Positions 8,722 through 18,344 of a DNA stretch of 64,000 bases are shown here, piece after piece. The DNA comes from Rebecca billardiae RCC1528. Lineage: Eukaryota; Protista; Haptophyta. The notes beneath the pieces are model-generated. The model was not told where the DNA came from and ran no database searches. It saw only the letters and a list, made by a program, of their open reading frames with translations. Every line of letters starts with the position of its first letter. Position 1 is the stretch's first letter. A program made the position numbers and the translations under genes. Location: NCBI GenBank assembly GCA_965240325.2, contig OZ251253.1, positions 744,001 through 808,000 of the forward strand, given 5' to 3'.

Positions 8722-11064
8722 TCAGCAGAGCCGAGCACGCCACACCGTCTCGACGCACGCGGGCGTGAGTATCACGCCTCGCTCGGCCACGCTCATGCCG
8801 AGGCCGAGCGCAGCTGACCGCTTGCCGCACGAGTACACCCTGCCGTCCGCAGTCACGTGCAGCGCGTGGGAGCTGCCCATGGCACAGCGCACCACGCGCG
8901 CATGGGCAAGGGCGCCCACGCGTGTGGGGACGTAGGCTGCGGCCTTGCGCCCGTGCCCCAGCCCGAGCTGGCCGAACCAGTTGTGACCAAACGTGTGCAC
9001 GCTGCCATCGGCGCACACCACCGCGCTCGTGGAAGAACCGGCAGCGCTGCGCACGGCGCGCTTGCCCGCCAGTGCCTCGATGCGCGTTGGCAGTGGTTGG
9101 CCTGCCTCATCGCCGTGCCCAAGGCAGCCCTTGTCCCCTAATCCGAAGGAGTGCACGCCACCCACCGCGTCCACCACCAGGCTGTGCAGACCGCCCGCGC
9201 TCACGTGCACGGCGCGCACGCCCGCGAGCGCTTCGACACGCCTCGGCGTGTGCTGATCCTGCTCGTCGCCGTGGCCGAGCCGGCCGCGGTAGTCGTGGCC
9301 ACACGAGTAGACGGCGCCCTGCGCAGAGAGCAGTAGCGTGTGACCACCGCCCGTGGAGATGCCCCCCACGCGCACGCCGTCCAGCGCCTCGATGCGCGTC
9401 GGCTGCAGCCGCTTCTTCTTGTCGCCGTGGCCGAGCTCGCCGTAGTAGTTGTAGCCCCAGCTGTACGCGCAGCCGGCGGCGGTGAGCGCGAGGCTGTAGG
9501 AGAAGCCGGCAGATATGGCGACGGCGGGCGCATTCGCGGGTAGCTCGACAAGAACGAATGCGCGCCGCTCCCCCTTGTCTCCCAGCCCGAGCTGGCCCCA
9601 GTCGTTCTGGCCGCAGCCGTACACGGCGCCCGCCTCGCTCAGCGCGAGCAGGTGGGACCCTCCAGCGGCCACAGCGGCCACGCGCACCGCGCTGAGGGAG
9701 GCGACGCGCGTGGGCACGCGCACTTCCGGCATGTCCGAGTGGCTGGTTGCCTCGTGCGTCCGATACTCGCCCGTCAGCTCCCTGGTGACCTCGTCCCGCA
9801 CCGCCTCCTCGCCACACGTGTGCAGCCCGCCCTCCGCGTCCACAAACGCGCTGAAGCCGTGGCCGGCCGCAGCGGGAGATGCGTGCGCGTGCGCGAGCTC
9901 CAAAACGCGCTCACGTAGGAACAGCTCCTCCGTCCACGTGCTGACTCCGGCGGGTAGTGACGCTGGCAGCGCGCGCTCATGCCCGCGCGCGCGCGCGCGC
10001 TTGCGCAACGCGCGCTCGACCGCCGAGCGGCCGCCGGGCGGCGCGGCGTGGAACAGGCGCGTTGTGGCGTTCAGGCTGGCGAGGTCGCGCAGCCGCAGGA
10101 GTGCGGTGATGCGCTCGAGCACCTCTGGCGGCAGGTCGTCGAGAGCGACTCGACGCGCGTGCGCCTGTGCCGCCGTGCTGGCCATCGCTCCCGCCAACGA
10201 TATCAGAGCAGGGCGAGCGTCGGCGCCGACCGCCGAGTGGAACTCCTCGCGCTTCCGCTCAGCCTTCGAGCTGGCCGCGACCGTCGACTCGGCCACCCTC
10301 GCCGCGTCGCGCTTTCGTGCAGCCGCCGTCGTGGTCCGCGTGGCCGCGCGCGCCCGGGCGGGCTGCTGTGCCGCCTCCGCCTGCTTCCCGCCTGATCTGG
10401 GCGGGACGGCAGCTGCGGCCTGTGCCTCGACCGCAGGCGGCGTGTCGACGTCGAATCGCGCGGTAGCCGACGAGCGTCGCTTGCGACTGGCCGTGCCGGA
10501 CAGCTCCTCCTCCTCCTCCTTGACCGTCGCCTCAGCCGCCGCGGTGCCACTTCGGCCGTCGAGGTCGATCGGCGCCACGTCCGCGCGAGACCGGTCGAGC
10601 ACCTCCACGACCCCGCCCTCGCGCATGGGCGAGCTCGAGAGCCACCAGCTCGTGTACTCGGTATCCACGTGCACGATGCGCCTGTCGTACGCGAGCTGCG
10701 CGTGCTCGCACAGTGTCCAGAGCTCGCGAGCATCGCGCGCTGTGAGTGCCGCATCGAGCGCGGCGCGCAGGGTGCCTTGCGGGTCGAGAGACACGAGAGG
10801 GGGCGCGCGAGTCGGCTCTGTTTGCGACATTGGCGTTGGCACCGCGGGCTGCAGCAGGCTGTCGTACAGATGCCTGAGTCGGCCAGCGTCAACGTCACGA
10901 GCCGCAAAGCAGCACACACGCGCGTCGCGCTCGGCCACGTTCTCTCGCGGCTTGCCCTCGACCTTCGCCGGTGGCGCGTGCGAGAGATCGAGCTTTGCAA
11001 AGGGCGGGAAGCGAGCGACATCGCTCTCGACGCGCGCGCTGCGCCTCGCCAATTGTGTGCTCAT
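8722..11064 (-). CDS. F-box plus RCC1/BLIP-II repeat protein
   Basis: F-box-like LDDLPPEVLERITALLRLRDLASL. Several RCC1 repeats, e.g. SAGFSYSLALTAAGCAYSWGYNYYGELGHG and GQNDWGQLGLG. Confidence 0.88.
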   Translation of the reverse strand: MSTQLARRSARVESDVARFPPFAKLDLSHAPPAKVEGKPRENVAERDARVCCFAARDVDAGRLRHLYDSLLQPAVPTPMSQTEPTRAPPLVSLDPQGTLRAALDAALTARDARELWTLCEHAQLAYDRRIVHVDTEYTSWWLSSSPMREGGVVEVLDRSRADVAPIDLDGRSGTAAAEATVKEEEEELSGTASRKRRSSATARFDVDTPPAVEAQAAAAVPPRSGGKQAEAAQQPARARAATRTTTAAARKRDAARVAESTVAASSKAERKREEFHSAVGADARPALISLAGAMASTAAQAHARRVALDDLPPEVLERITALLRLRDLASLNATTRLFHAAPPGGRSAVERALRKRARARGHERALPASLPAGVSTWTEELFLRERVLELAHAHASPAAAGHGFSAFVDAEGGLHTCGEEAVRDEVTRELTGEYRTHEATSHSDMPEVRVPTRVASLSAVRVAAVAAGGSHLLALSEAGAVYGCGQNDWGQLGLGDKGERRAFVLVELPANAPAVAISAGFSYSLALTAAGCAYSWGYNYYGELGHGDKKKRLQPTRIEALDGVRVGGISTGGGHTLLLSAQGAVYSCGHDYRGRLGHGDEQDQHTPRRVEALAGVRAVHVSAGGLHSLVVDAVGGVHSFGLGDKGCLGHGDEAGQPLPTRIEALAGKRAVRSAAGSSTSAVVCADGSVHTFGHNWFGQLGLGHGRKAAAYVPTRVGALAHARVVRCAMGSSHALHVTADGRVYSCGKRSAALGLGMSVAERGVILTPACVETVWRARLC

Positions 11065-11505
11065 CGGGCGGTCTGGGCGCCGATCGGCGAGCGGCGAGGA
11101 GGCGAGGATTGGCGGTCACGTCCGGCTTGCATCAGCCAGCTCAGCGTCCACCGGGCTCGCACCGGTCCACCCGCCGACGCGACTCTGAGATGATAATACC
11201 GGCTTTGAGGCCGACACGCCACACTGGGGCACATACTGTCGACGATCAGTCGACGTGGCGTCGCTCACAGCGCAGGCAGGTGTTTGGCGCGGCTGCACTC
11301 TCGAGGTGGCTGGGATAAAACATCCAGGTGCAGCACCCTCCCCGTGTGGTGTCAGAGCGCGCTCCCGAGCGCGTGCCTCCGAGCGCGGGGCGGCCGCTTG
11401 CTGCAATGGCCGCCTCGATGAGGTGCGGCAACGCGCCCCTCACCTGCCTGCGCCGGTCTGTTTTGTGGCGGTGTCTTTGTGCAGTGTTGGATGGCGTCAA
11501 TCACA

Positions 11506-11544
11506 CCTTAACCAAGTGTGCACGTTAAAGCATAGTAAACTGTA
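11506..11544 (+). repeat. Short dispersed repeat ending TAGTAAACTGTA (copy 1)
   Basis: CCTTAACCAAGTGTGCACGTTAAAGCATAGTAAACTGTA is nearly identical to 32277-32315. Confidence 0.75.
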
Positions 11545-11656
11545 TCACCTGAGGGCCAGGCCTTCTACGGCTGTGTGATAAGCTATGGTACCCCAGTCAT
11601 GCCGCTTGATACTGACACACGACTTTCCGGAGTTTCCCCAACCGACAGTGGGGCTC

Positions 11657-11958
11657 TACATTCCCTACTACATCCTCATCCTGTCGCAGCGCGCTGTCGC
11701 ATCGGCGCCCAGTCGGCGAGTTCGGACGACGACGTTTTGTGGACGACAGTGGGGCGAGGACGACGGGCGCTGGCGCGCCGCGATAAGGCGGCCGCAATCC
11801 CTCATCCAGGCCTCGCAGGCCGGACGGCTGAACGATTTTTTCCGGCGGCGCTACCATCGGCGACGGCTTCATGGGCGGTGACAGACTGACAGTTGGCGTC
11901 AGCGTCAATCTCGCCTGCCTGAGCTGTGTGCGTTTCTTATTCTTATTAGTAAACTGTA
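11657..11958 (+). mobile_element. ~300-bp dispersed repeat, TACATTCCC...TAGTAAACTGTA (copy 1)
   Basis: Aligns end to end with 31959-32240 and, inverted, with 27651-27842. Confidence 0.85.
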
Positions 11959-12023
11959 CTGCTAGCTATATACTGTTCTAAAGTGATTAGTCTATAAACT
12001 AAGTTCATATTTAGTAGTACGTA

Positions 12024-12046
12024 CTATATATATATATATACTCATT

Positions 12047-12100
<54 letters not shown>
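12024..12100. repeat. (TA)n microsatellite
   Basis: Directly visible. Confidence 0.9.
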
Positions 12101-12102
<2 letters not shown>

Positions 12103-12128
12103 CGAGTATATTACGTCAGTACGCCGTA

Positions 12129-13570
12129 CAGTGAGACACCTTGAATGACCCCAGTGGGCGGAAATGGCCATATCTCCCGGAGATTGCGTTTACTGACGTA
12201 CGTCAGTAAAGTTTCGTCGGGATTTTCAGCAATTTCATTGGAGGAGGGTGCCTCACTCTATTGTCCAAACTTGCATTTTCGGGATGTGAAGCTGTAAGTG
12301 TTTCGCCTTGCGGAGTAGCGCAGCCGCCAATCCGTCCAATGGGAAGCCAGCTCGGGCTTCGCTCAATGAAAAATGATCACATCGGCTCCCGCGAGCCCCG
12401 ATAGGAAATAGAGCTCGCTCCGTTCCACTTCGTCGGTATCTCGCCGTCTCGTGGTGGGCGAGGGGCGGAGCTGAGTGGTTGGGTCTGCGGCGCGGACTGC
12501 GATGCTGGGCTGCTGACGTTCTCCGCGCGGGATATCTGAGGGGCACGCGAGCTGTATGTAGGGCACGCCTTGCAAACAATCTCCCCGCTGTACGTGCAGG
12601 TCATGCTAGCGTCCTCCGCGCCAAAAAAACCTGCTTGTTCTTGCGCGAGGCCCGAGTCCGCGGCACTCGGTCGCTGCTCGCCGCAAGCTGGCACGCGTCA
12701 GCGTCTACACATTCACGATTCGGTGGTCATCGTGCGCCTGAGGACGGGGGCGATCTACTGAGTGCGCTGCTAGATGAGCAGGCCCGCGTAAGGTTAGATC
12801 ACCCTGCTCCTCACGCCTTGCGCGCACCTTGGGTTGCTTCCGTCACGCTTGAGGCGCTTCACGTCGCACGGGTCGGCGTAAGCTGTGTGTGTGATGCAAG
12901 CAGACGTCTTCCAAGCCTGGCTTGTACCCGATGGGAGAGCATACTTCTATCGCCTTCAGCCACCACCTTCTCCGGCGTTCGACGCCCACACTACATGCGA
13001 CCACAGCCATACGCAGCTCGTCGGGACTCGTCTCCGTTAGCTTATCGATGTGCAAACGCCAAGGCCTGTGACACGCAGGGAAGACTGATTCGCCATGGCA
13101 TTTGTGCACTGCGTGAAGTATTGACACCAGCGCACGTTCGCCAGGTAGATTTGCGGGAGCAGAGCGTGCTTTTCTGCAAGGATTCGCACACGTATCACAG
13201 AAGTTCAGCAGTCGCGGGCTCGGACTGAAGATCTCTGCACCGTCGCTTGGCCGTGAGTGACAGGAACAGGCGAGGAGCTCCCACGGTGCTGGCGCACAAC
13301 ATGCCGTGACAGCGGGGGGCACACACATGGCGCGTGCGCTGACACAACCGCGCGGACGACCGGGCTAGGCGCCACTGATCGGCCGCCCTCGGGCAAGGCA
13401 CCGGCGGACTTCGCGGCCGGAACGCCATCGGGACAGCCGTCCCTCGTTTCGGCCGCCAGATAGTCTTTCGCCTTCTTCAAAACTCTAAACATTGACTGGC
13501 CAAGTAACTCTGAGATTCGCAATCGTGCGGCCAAAAACGGGGCTGGGGGGCAGTCAAGGTGGGGCCGCCG
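12129..13570. mobile_element. Degenerate TA-flanked TIR element, ~1.44 kb (Tc1/mariner-like ends)
   Basis: Left end TA|CAGTGAGACACCTTGAATGACCCCAG; right end reverse complement TA|CGGCGGCCCCACCTTGACTGCCCCCCAG. Lower-GC interior with a perfect 22-bp palindrome at 12189-12210. No intact transposase recognised. Confidence 0.5.
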
Positions 13571-13813
13571 TACAGCTGAGTAGTACCACTGTGTCTCTGC
13601 TGTCTCGGCGTCTCGCCAGCCGGCTAAGCTGTGTCAGTGTATGTCACTACCCAGTGTGTGCGTCTCTTATAATATATGGCTTAGTTATGACCAACTGTAC
13701 CAGTCGAAGGCCGCGGATGCACCGTATCGCCTATCGGTATGTAGGGCGCGTGGGCTTCCATCACGGGCCCGCGCGTCCCTGCGCCGCGGCCGGCGCCGCG
13801 GCCGCGGGGCAGG

Positions 13814-15274
13814 CTACGCGGCGGGGCTGGACTCCGGCTGCGGACCGAGCGGATCGGCCCGCTGCTCCGCGTCCGCAGCGCGGCTGCGGATGGCGGCATC
13901 ACTAGTATCAGCCGCCTCGCCGGCGCGCGACGGCTCCGCGGGCGCGCGCCACACGAGCTCGAACCGCCCGGCGCGCGCGCTCGGATCCGCGCCCGCTGGA
14001 GCGGCGGCGGCGGCGGCGGCGGGCGCGGCGGCGCCCTCCGCCGCCGAGGGCTCCTCGGCGGCGGCGGCCCTTGGCGGCAGCACGCCGTCGATGGCGACGC
14101 GCACGAGCTCGGCGGCGAGCGACGCGCGCAGCGCCTTTGCCGCGGCGGGCGCGCCGTTCACCTCGAGCAGGTGCACCCCGAGCGCGCTGTCGAGCACAAA
14201 GTCGAAGCCGTACAGCTGGAACGCGCGGCACCCGCCCGGCAGCGCGCCCGCACCGGCGGCGGCGTGCGCGGTGGCGGTGGCGGGCGCGGCGGGCGCGGCG
14301 GCGGGCGCGGCGGCGGGCGCAGCGGCGGGGCGGACGAGGCGCGCGTGCGAGCGGCGCACGACGTCCGCGACGGCCTCGCGCAGCTGCGGTAGCACGCGCT
14401 CGGCGAGCGCGCCCTCGCCGTGCGCCTCCGCCACCGCCTCGCCCAGCGCGTCGTAGAACATCTCGTTGCCCGGCACGAGCGCGCCAAAGCCGGGCGCGTG
14501 GCGCTGCAGGCAGTGGTTCGTCAGGTGCACGGAAGCTTCCGAGAAGTGGCCGTCGACGTACGGCGTGCTGGTGAGGCGGCACACGCCCTGGTCGAAGAGG
14601 TACGCGCGGCCGTCGTCGGTCACCAGCACCCACGCGCGGATGTCGAACTTGAAGCCGCGCACGAGCAGCGGCGTCCGCACGTACCGCTGCGCGATGTGCT
14701 CGCCCGCGGCGCGCGGCGCCGCGGCCACGTGCGCGCGCACGGCGTCCACGCTGTCGCACACGGCGATGCCGTCGCCCTTCGAGCCGGCGGCGGGCTTGAC
14801 GATCCACACCGCGCCCGGTGCCGCCGCGTGCGCCGCCTCGAGCGCCGCCGCCTCGCGCTCGTCGTCGGCGCCGCCGAGCACGAAGCTGGGCGGCGCGTAC
14901 GGAGGCAGCGGCGACCCCGGCGCGCCGGACGCGCGGAGCGTGCGCACGAGCTGCGACTTGAGCGTGATCGCCTGCGAGCCGGGGAGGTAGTTTATCAGCT
15001 GCGGCTCGGCGCGCGGCTCCGGATCGAGCCCCAGCCGCTCGAACGAGCCGCGCTGCCCGTGGCGGTACGCGAGCAGCAGGTCGAACCGCTTCGGCAGGCC
15101 GAACGCGCGCGCCCAGTCGGCGCGGCGGGCGAGGAGGAGGGCGACCTGCGCGTAGACGGAGGAGTCCTTGTCGAGCGAGACGAACGAGCGCGCGTCCGCC
15201 CGCTTGGGCGCCGCCGCCTGCTCGCGGAACGCCTCCTGCTGCAGCGTGATCACCGCGTCGGCGCCGACCGACAT
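13814..15274 (-). CDS. Tubulin-tyrosine ligase family (ATP-grasp) protein
   Basis: WIVKPAAGSKGDGI, IAQRYVRTPLLVRGFKFDIRAWVLV, HLTNHCLQ, FQLYGFDFVLD, LLEVNGAP. Confidence 0.92.
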   Translation of the reverse strand: MSVGADAVITLQQEAFREQAAAPKRADARSFVSLDKDSSVYAQVALLLARRADWARAFGLPKRFDLLLAYRHGQRGSFERLGLDPEPRAEPQLINYLPGSQAITLKSQLVRTLRASGAPGSPLPPYAPPSFVLGGADDEREAAALEAAHAAAPGAVWIVKPAAGSKGDGIAVCDSVDAVRAHVAAAPRAAGEHIAQRYVRTPLLVRGFKFDIRAWVLVTDDGRAYLFDQGVCRLTSTPYVDGHFSEASVHLTNHCLQRHAPGFGALVPGNEMFYDALGEAVAEAHGEGALAERVLPQLREAVADVVRRSHARLVRPAAAPAAAPAAAPAAPATATAHAAAGAGALPGGCRAFQLYGFDFVLDSALGVHLLEVNGAPAAAKALRASLAAELVRVAIDGVLPPRAAAAEEPSAAEGAAAPAAAAAAAPAGADPSARAGRFELVWRAPAEPSRAGEAADTSDAAIRSRAADAEQRADPLGPQPESSPAA

Positions 15275-15620
15275 CGTGGGCCCGCGCGCTTTTTGAACGG
15301 CCGCGCTGCTGACGCGCTGTCGTCCGGTCGCTCGACAACGAACTCCGCCGGACTAAATCGCTACAGTTACTGGTTCGTCCGCGGACGCGGGACGGCAAGT
15401 CCGTGTAACCAAGGGGCTTACAAAAAAGCCCCTTGGTGTAACGTCGTCACCGCACGAGCTCAGCACGTGATTACGCTTCAAGGCTGCATTCATCGATCTC
15501 ACCAAGTCCAAGGCTGCGTCATGCCAGTCCGGTCTGCCAAGCAGCAGTAAGTCTCCATCATCAGGCTTCGTCTGACAACATCGCGCTGCAACTGCGACTT
15601 TACTACTACGGCACTTGCGA

Positions 15621-17459
15621 TTACGGCCACGGTCGCATCGTCATGTCGGCGCGCGGGGCGGTGGCGGGCGTGGGCGGCACGTCGAGCCGCAGCTGGCCGT
15701 ACAACTCGAGCGCGCGCCGCGCCCGGCCCGTGGACTGCCGCCGCACCTGCTTCGCCGGCGTCTCGCACGGCGCGGCGCCGGGCTGCGGGCTCACCGCACC
15801 ACCGCCGGCCGCAGCGCGCCGCAGCGCGCCGTCCGCGCCCGGCAGCGCGCCCAGCTCAAAGCTGGGCGGCAGCGCGGCCGGAGGGACCACGCTCGCCGTC
15901 AGCCGCGGCTTGACCGGCGGCGTGCTCACCTCCTCGCCAAAGGCCACGGCCGCGGCGGCGGCGGTGGCGGCGGCGGCGGCGAGCGTGGCGGCGAAGTCGA
16001 CGGGCGGGAGCGGCCGGGGCAGCGCCAGCGGCAGCGGCTGCGCGCCCCACACGCTGGCCGCAGCCGGCACGACGAGCGCGCGCGGCGCTTGCGCATCGTT
16101 CTCGCCCTCCCTGCAGCCGTCCCCGCAGCCGTCCCTGCAGGGGCCGCGCGCGCCGGGGCCGCTGGGGCCGCTGCGTCGGCTCCTCGGCGCGAGCAGGCCC
16201 GCGTCGTCGCGCGCGCTCAGGCGCCGTCGCTTCGCCTCGAGCGCGCCGTGCGCCGAGCCGCCGTCGCCCGTCGACGAGAGCGACAGCCGCCGACGCACCG
16301 AGCCGGCGCCCACGGCGCCCACGGCGCCCACGGCGGCCAGCGCGGGCGGATCGGGCAGGGCGGGCGACGCGGCGGGCGGCGAGGCGGGCGGTGCGGCCAG
16401 GGGGTCGGCGTGCGCCGCGGCGCCGACGGGCACGGCGGCCGGCGCGTCGGCCTTCCCCGCGCGCATCCACGCCGACGCCTGCACCTCCGCCAGCGTCGCG
16501 CGCCGCGATGGCTCGAGCAGGAGCATGGTGTCTAGCAGCTGCTGCAGCGGCACTGAGAGAGTGCAACCCATGCGCGCCTCCGCGTAGAGTGCGCGCACGG
16601 TGGAGGCGCCGTGCGTCTGCGCGCGGCGCGCGGCCTGCACGCGCGAGTCGGTGGACTCGTCGGCGAGCTCGAACGCGAAGAACCCCGTCGCCATCGTGAA
16701 GAGGCACACGCCGAGCGACCACACGTCCGCCGCTCGCCCCGCGTACGGCTGCGCGGGCGCGGCCAGCAGCTCCGGCGCAATGTACGCGCGCGAGCCGCAG
16801 CTGCGGGGGCGCGCACGCGCGCGTGGTGGGGGCGGGAGGGGGCGTGTGCGTTGAGAAGACCGACGCGAACAGCGCGCACGCGCGCGCGCCGCCCGTACGC
16901 CGCGCGTGCCGGCGGCGCGGCGCGCGCACCGATCCACCAGCAGTCGCTCGGGGGCGTCCTTGTGCAGCCGGAACGCGCCCGCCAGCCCAAAGTCGGCGAG
17001 CTTGACGTGGCGGTCGGCGTCGAGCAGCACGTTCTCGAGCTTGAGGTCGCGGTGCGCCACCCCCTGCGCGTGGCAGTGCGCCACCGCCTCGACCAGCTCA
17101 GCGAAGAGCGCGCGCGCCTCCGGCTCGCCGAGCGCGCCGGCCGCGATCACGTGGTCAAACAGGTCGCCGCCGGGGAGGAGCTCGAGGATGAGGACGGCGC
17201 GATGCGCGGCGCCGTCGTGCCGCGCCGGGATGAACTCGCGCACGCGCGCCACGTGTGGGTGGCCGGAGCAGCGCATGTGCAGCGCCGCCTCCTTGCGCGC
17301 CACGTCCTCCGACTCAAACAGCTTGGCGGCGACGTGCTCGCCCGTGCTGCCGTCGAGGGCGACGAGGATCTCGCCCTGCGAGCCCGAGCCGAGCATGCGG
17401 TCGGTCAGCGTGTACCGCCCGAGGGGCGGGGCGCCGTCGTCGCGCTCTAAGCGCGGCAT
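15621..17459 (-). CDS. Ser/Thr protein kinase (CAMK/SNF1-like); exons 17459-16930 and 16800-15621
   Basis: LGSGSQG, VAAK, HRDLKLEN, DFG, CGSRAYIAPE, DVWSLGV. A 129-nt GT-AG intron (16801-16929) sits in the activation loop. Confidence 0.92.
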   Translation of the reverse strand: MPRLERDDGAPPLGRYTLTDRMLGSGSQGEILVALDGSTGEHVAAKLFESEDVARKEAALHMRCSGHPHVARVREFIPARHDGAAHRAVLILELLPGGDLFDHVIAAGALGEPEARALFAELVEAVAHCHAQGVAHRDLKLENVLLDADRHVKLADFGLAGAFRLHKDAPERLLVDRCARRAAGTRGVRAARARARCSRRSSQRTRPLPPPPRARARPRSCGSRAYIAPELLAAPAQPYAGRAADVWSLGVCLFTMATGFFAFELADESTDSRVQAARRAQTHGASTVRALYAEARMGCTLSVPLQQLLDTMLLLEPSRRATLAEVQASAWMRAGKADAPAAVPVGAAAHADPLAAPPASPPAASPALPDPPALAAVGAVGAVGAGSVRRRLSLSSTGDGGSAHGALEAKRRRLSARDDAGLLAPRSRRSGPSGPGARGPCRDGCGDGCREGENDAQAPRALVVPAAASVWGAQPLPLALPRPLPPVDFAATLAAAAATAAAAAVAFGEEVSTPPVKPRLTASVVPPAALPPSFELGALPGADGALRRAAAGGGAVSPQPGAAPCETPAKQVRRQSTGRARRALELYGQLRLDVPPTPATAPRADMTMRPWP

Positions 17460-18344
17460 GGCGTGCGTGGGTGCGTGGCCGCGTGTGCGGCGCGTGTGCG
17501 TGCGTGCGATCGACGGGCTGGTGCGATCGGCGTGTGCTGTGGAATTGCGGGGGCGCGCGCGTTGTGTGGGCGCGTTCGGGCCGTGTCGAATCGTCGGATG
17601 GTGGGGAAGCTGTGCAAAGATCAGATCACCGACGAACATCCCGGTGCCACCGCGTCCTAGGACGGCGGTATGATGATAGCAATTACGCGCAGAAAGGGTC
17701 GAAGGCGACCGAAGACTACCCGGCTCAGAAGGGCGACGAAGCCACGGATTTGTGGTGCGGAAGTGCCGCCCCGAACTGGCAAGCTCGAGCGGCGGCTGCG
17801 TAGGCAAACTTTTGCCCGCCTTCTCCACGGATATCCGCTGCGAGCCTCAAAGCTCTCATTCATCTTGAGTGGATTTTGACGCGGCTGTATATTCGCAAGA
17901 AGTCGCAAGTATCCGACTTGTGAGCGGCTTGAACGCCGAAATGGTCAAGGCCATCAAAATCCCCTCAAGCGAACACCGTCCGAACCGTCGTACCGATTCC
18001 ACCCTCCCCAAACACTCGTTTTGCTCGAGGTGTTCGTTGATGAACCTCATCTCCCTGATCCCCTTGGCCGACGCAAGTCAACTGCGCGGTCGGGGCCGTG
18101 AGCGCCACCGCTGATTGGGCGCCGCGGAGGCGCCTGCGAGTCTTTCATTGACGCAGCTGGCTCAACAATCATCAGCGCCAGGAATCGAAGTTGCGACAAA
18201 ACGCGACGCCGGGATCACACATGTACACAGGCCACGGCCTCGCGGGTGCTCGTGGTGGGCTTCTGAGTTCTCTGAGAATTCTCGCTCTCCGCCACGCGCG
18301 TCCTCGTCTCCTCGATGGGCGGCGCTGGGCCTGCGGAGTGCGGA

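Noticed and set aside
8660-8730. Cys-TGA at the end of the F-box-RCC1 gene
   Set aside because: No AUGA-type SECIS seen downstream, and the sequence after the stop does not look coding.
12250-13500. Fanzor/TnpB or transposase ORF inside the TE relics
   Set aside because: No RuvC, zinc-ribbon or DDE motifs recognised in the listed ORFs.
17460-18340. Upstream extension of the kinase ORF and small ORFs at 17.8-18.1 kb
   Set aside because: No coding bias or motifs; more likely 5'UTR/promoter sequence.
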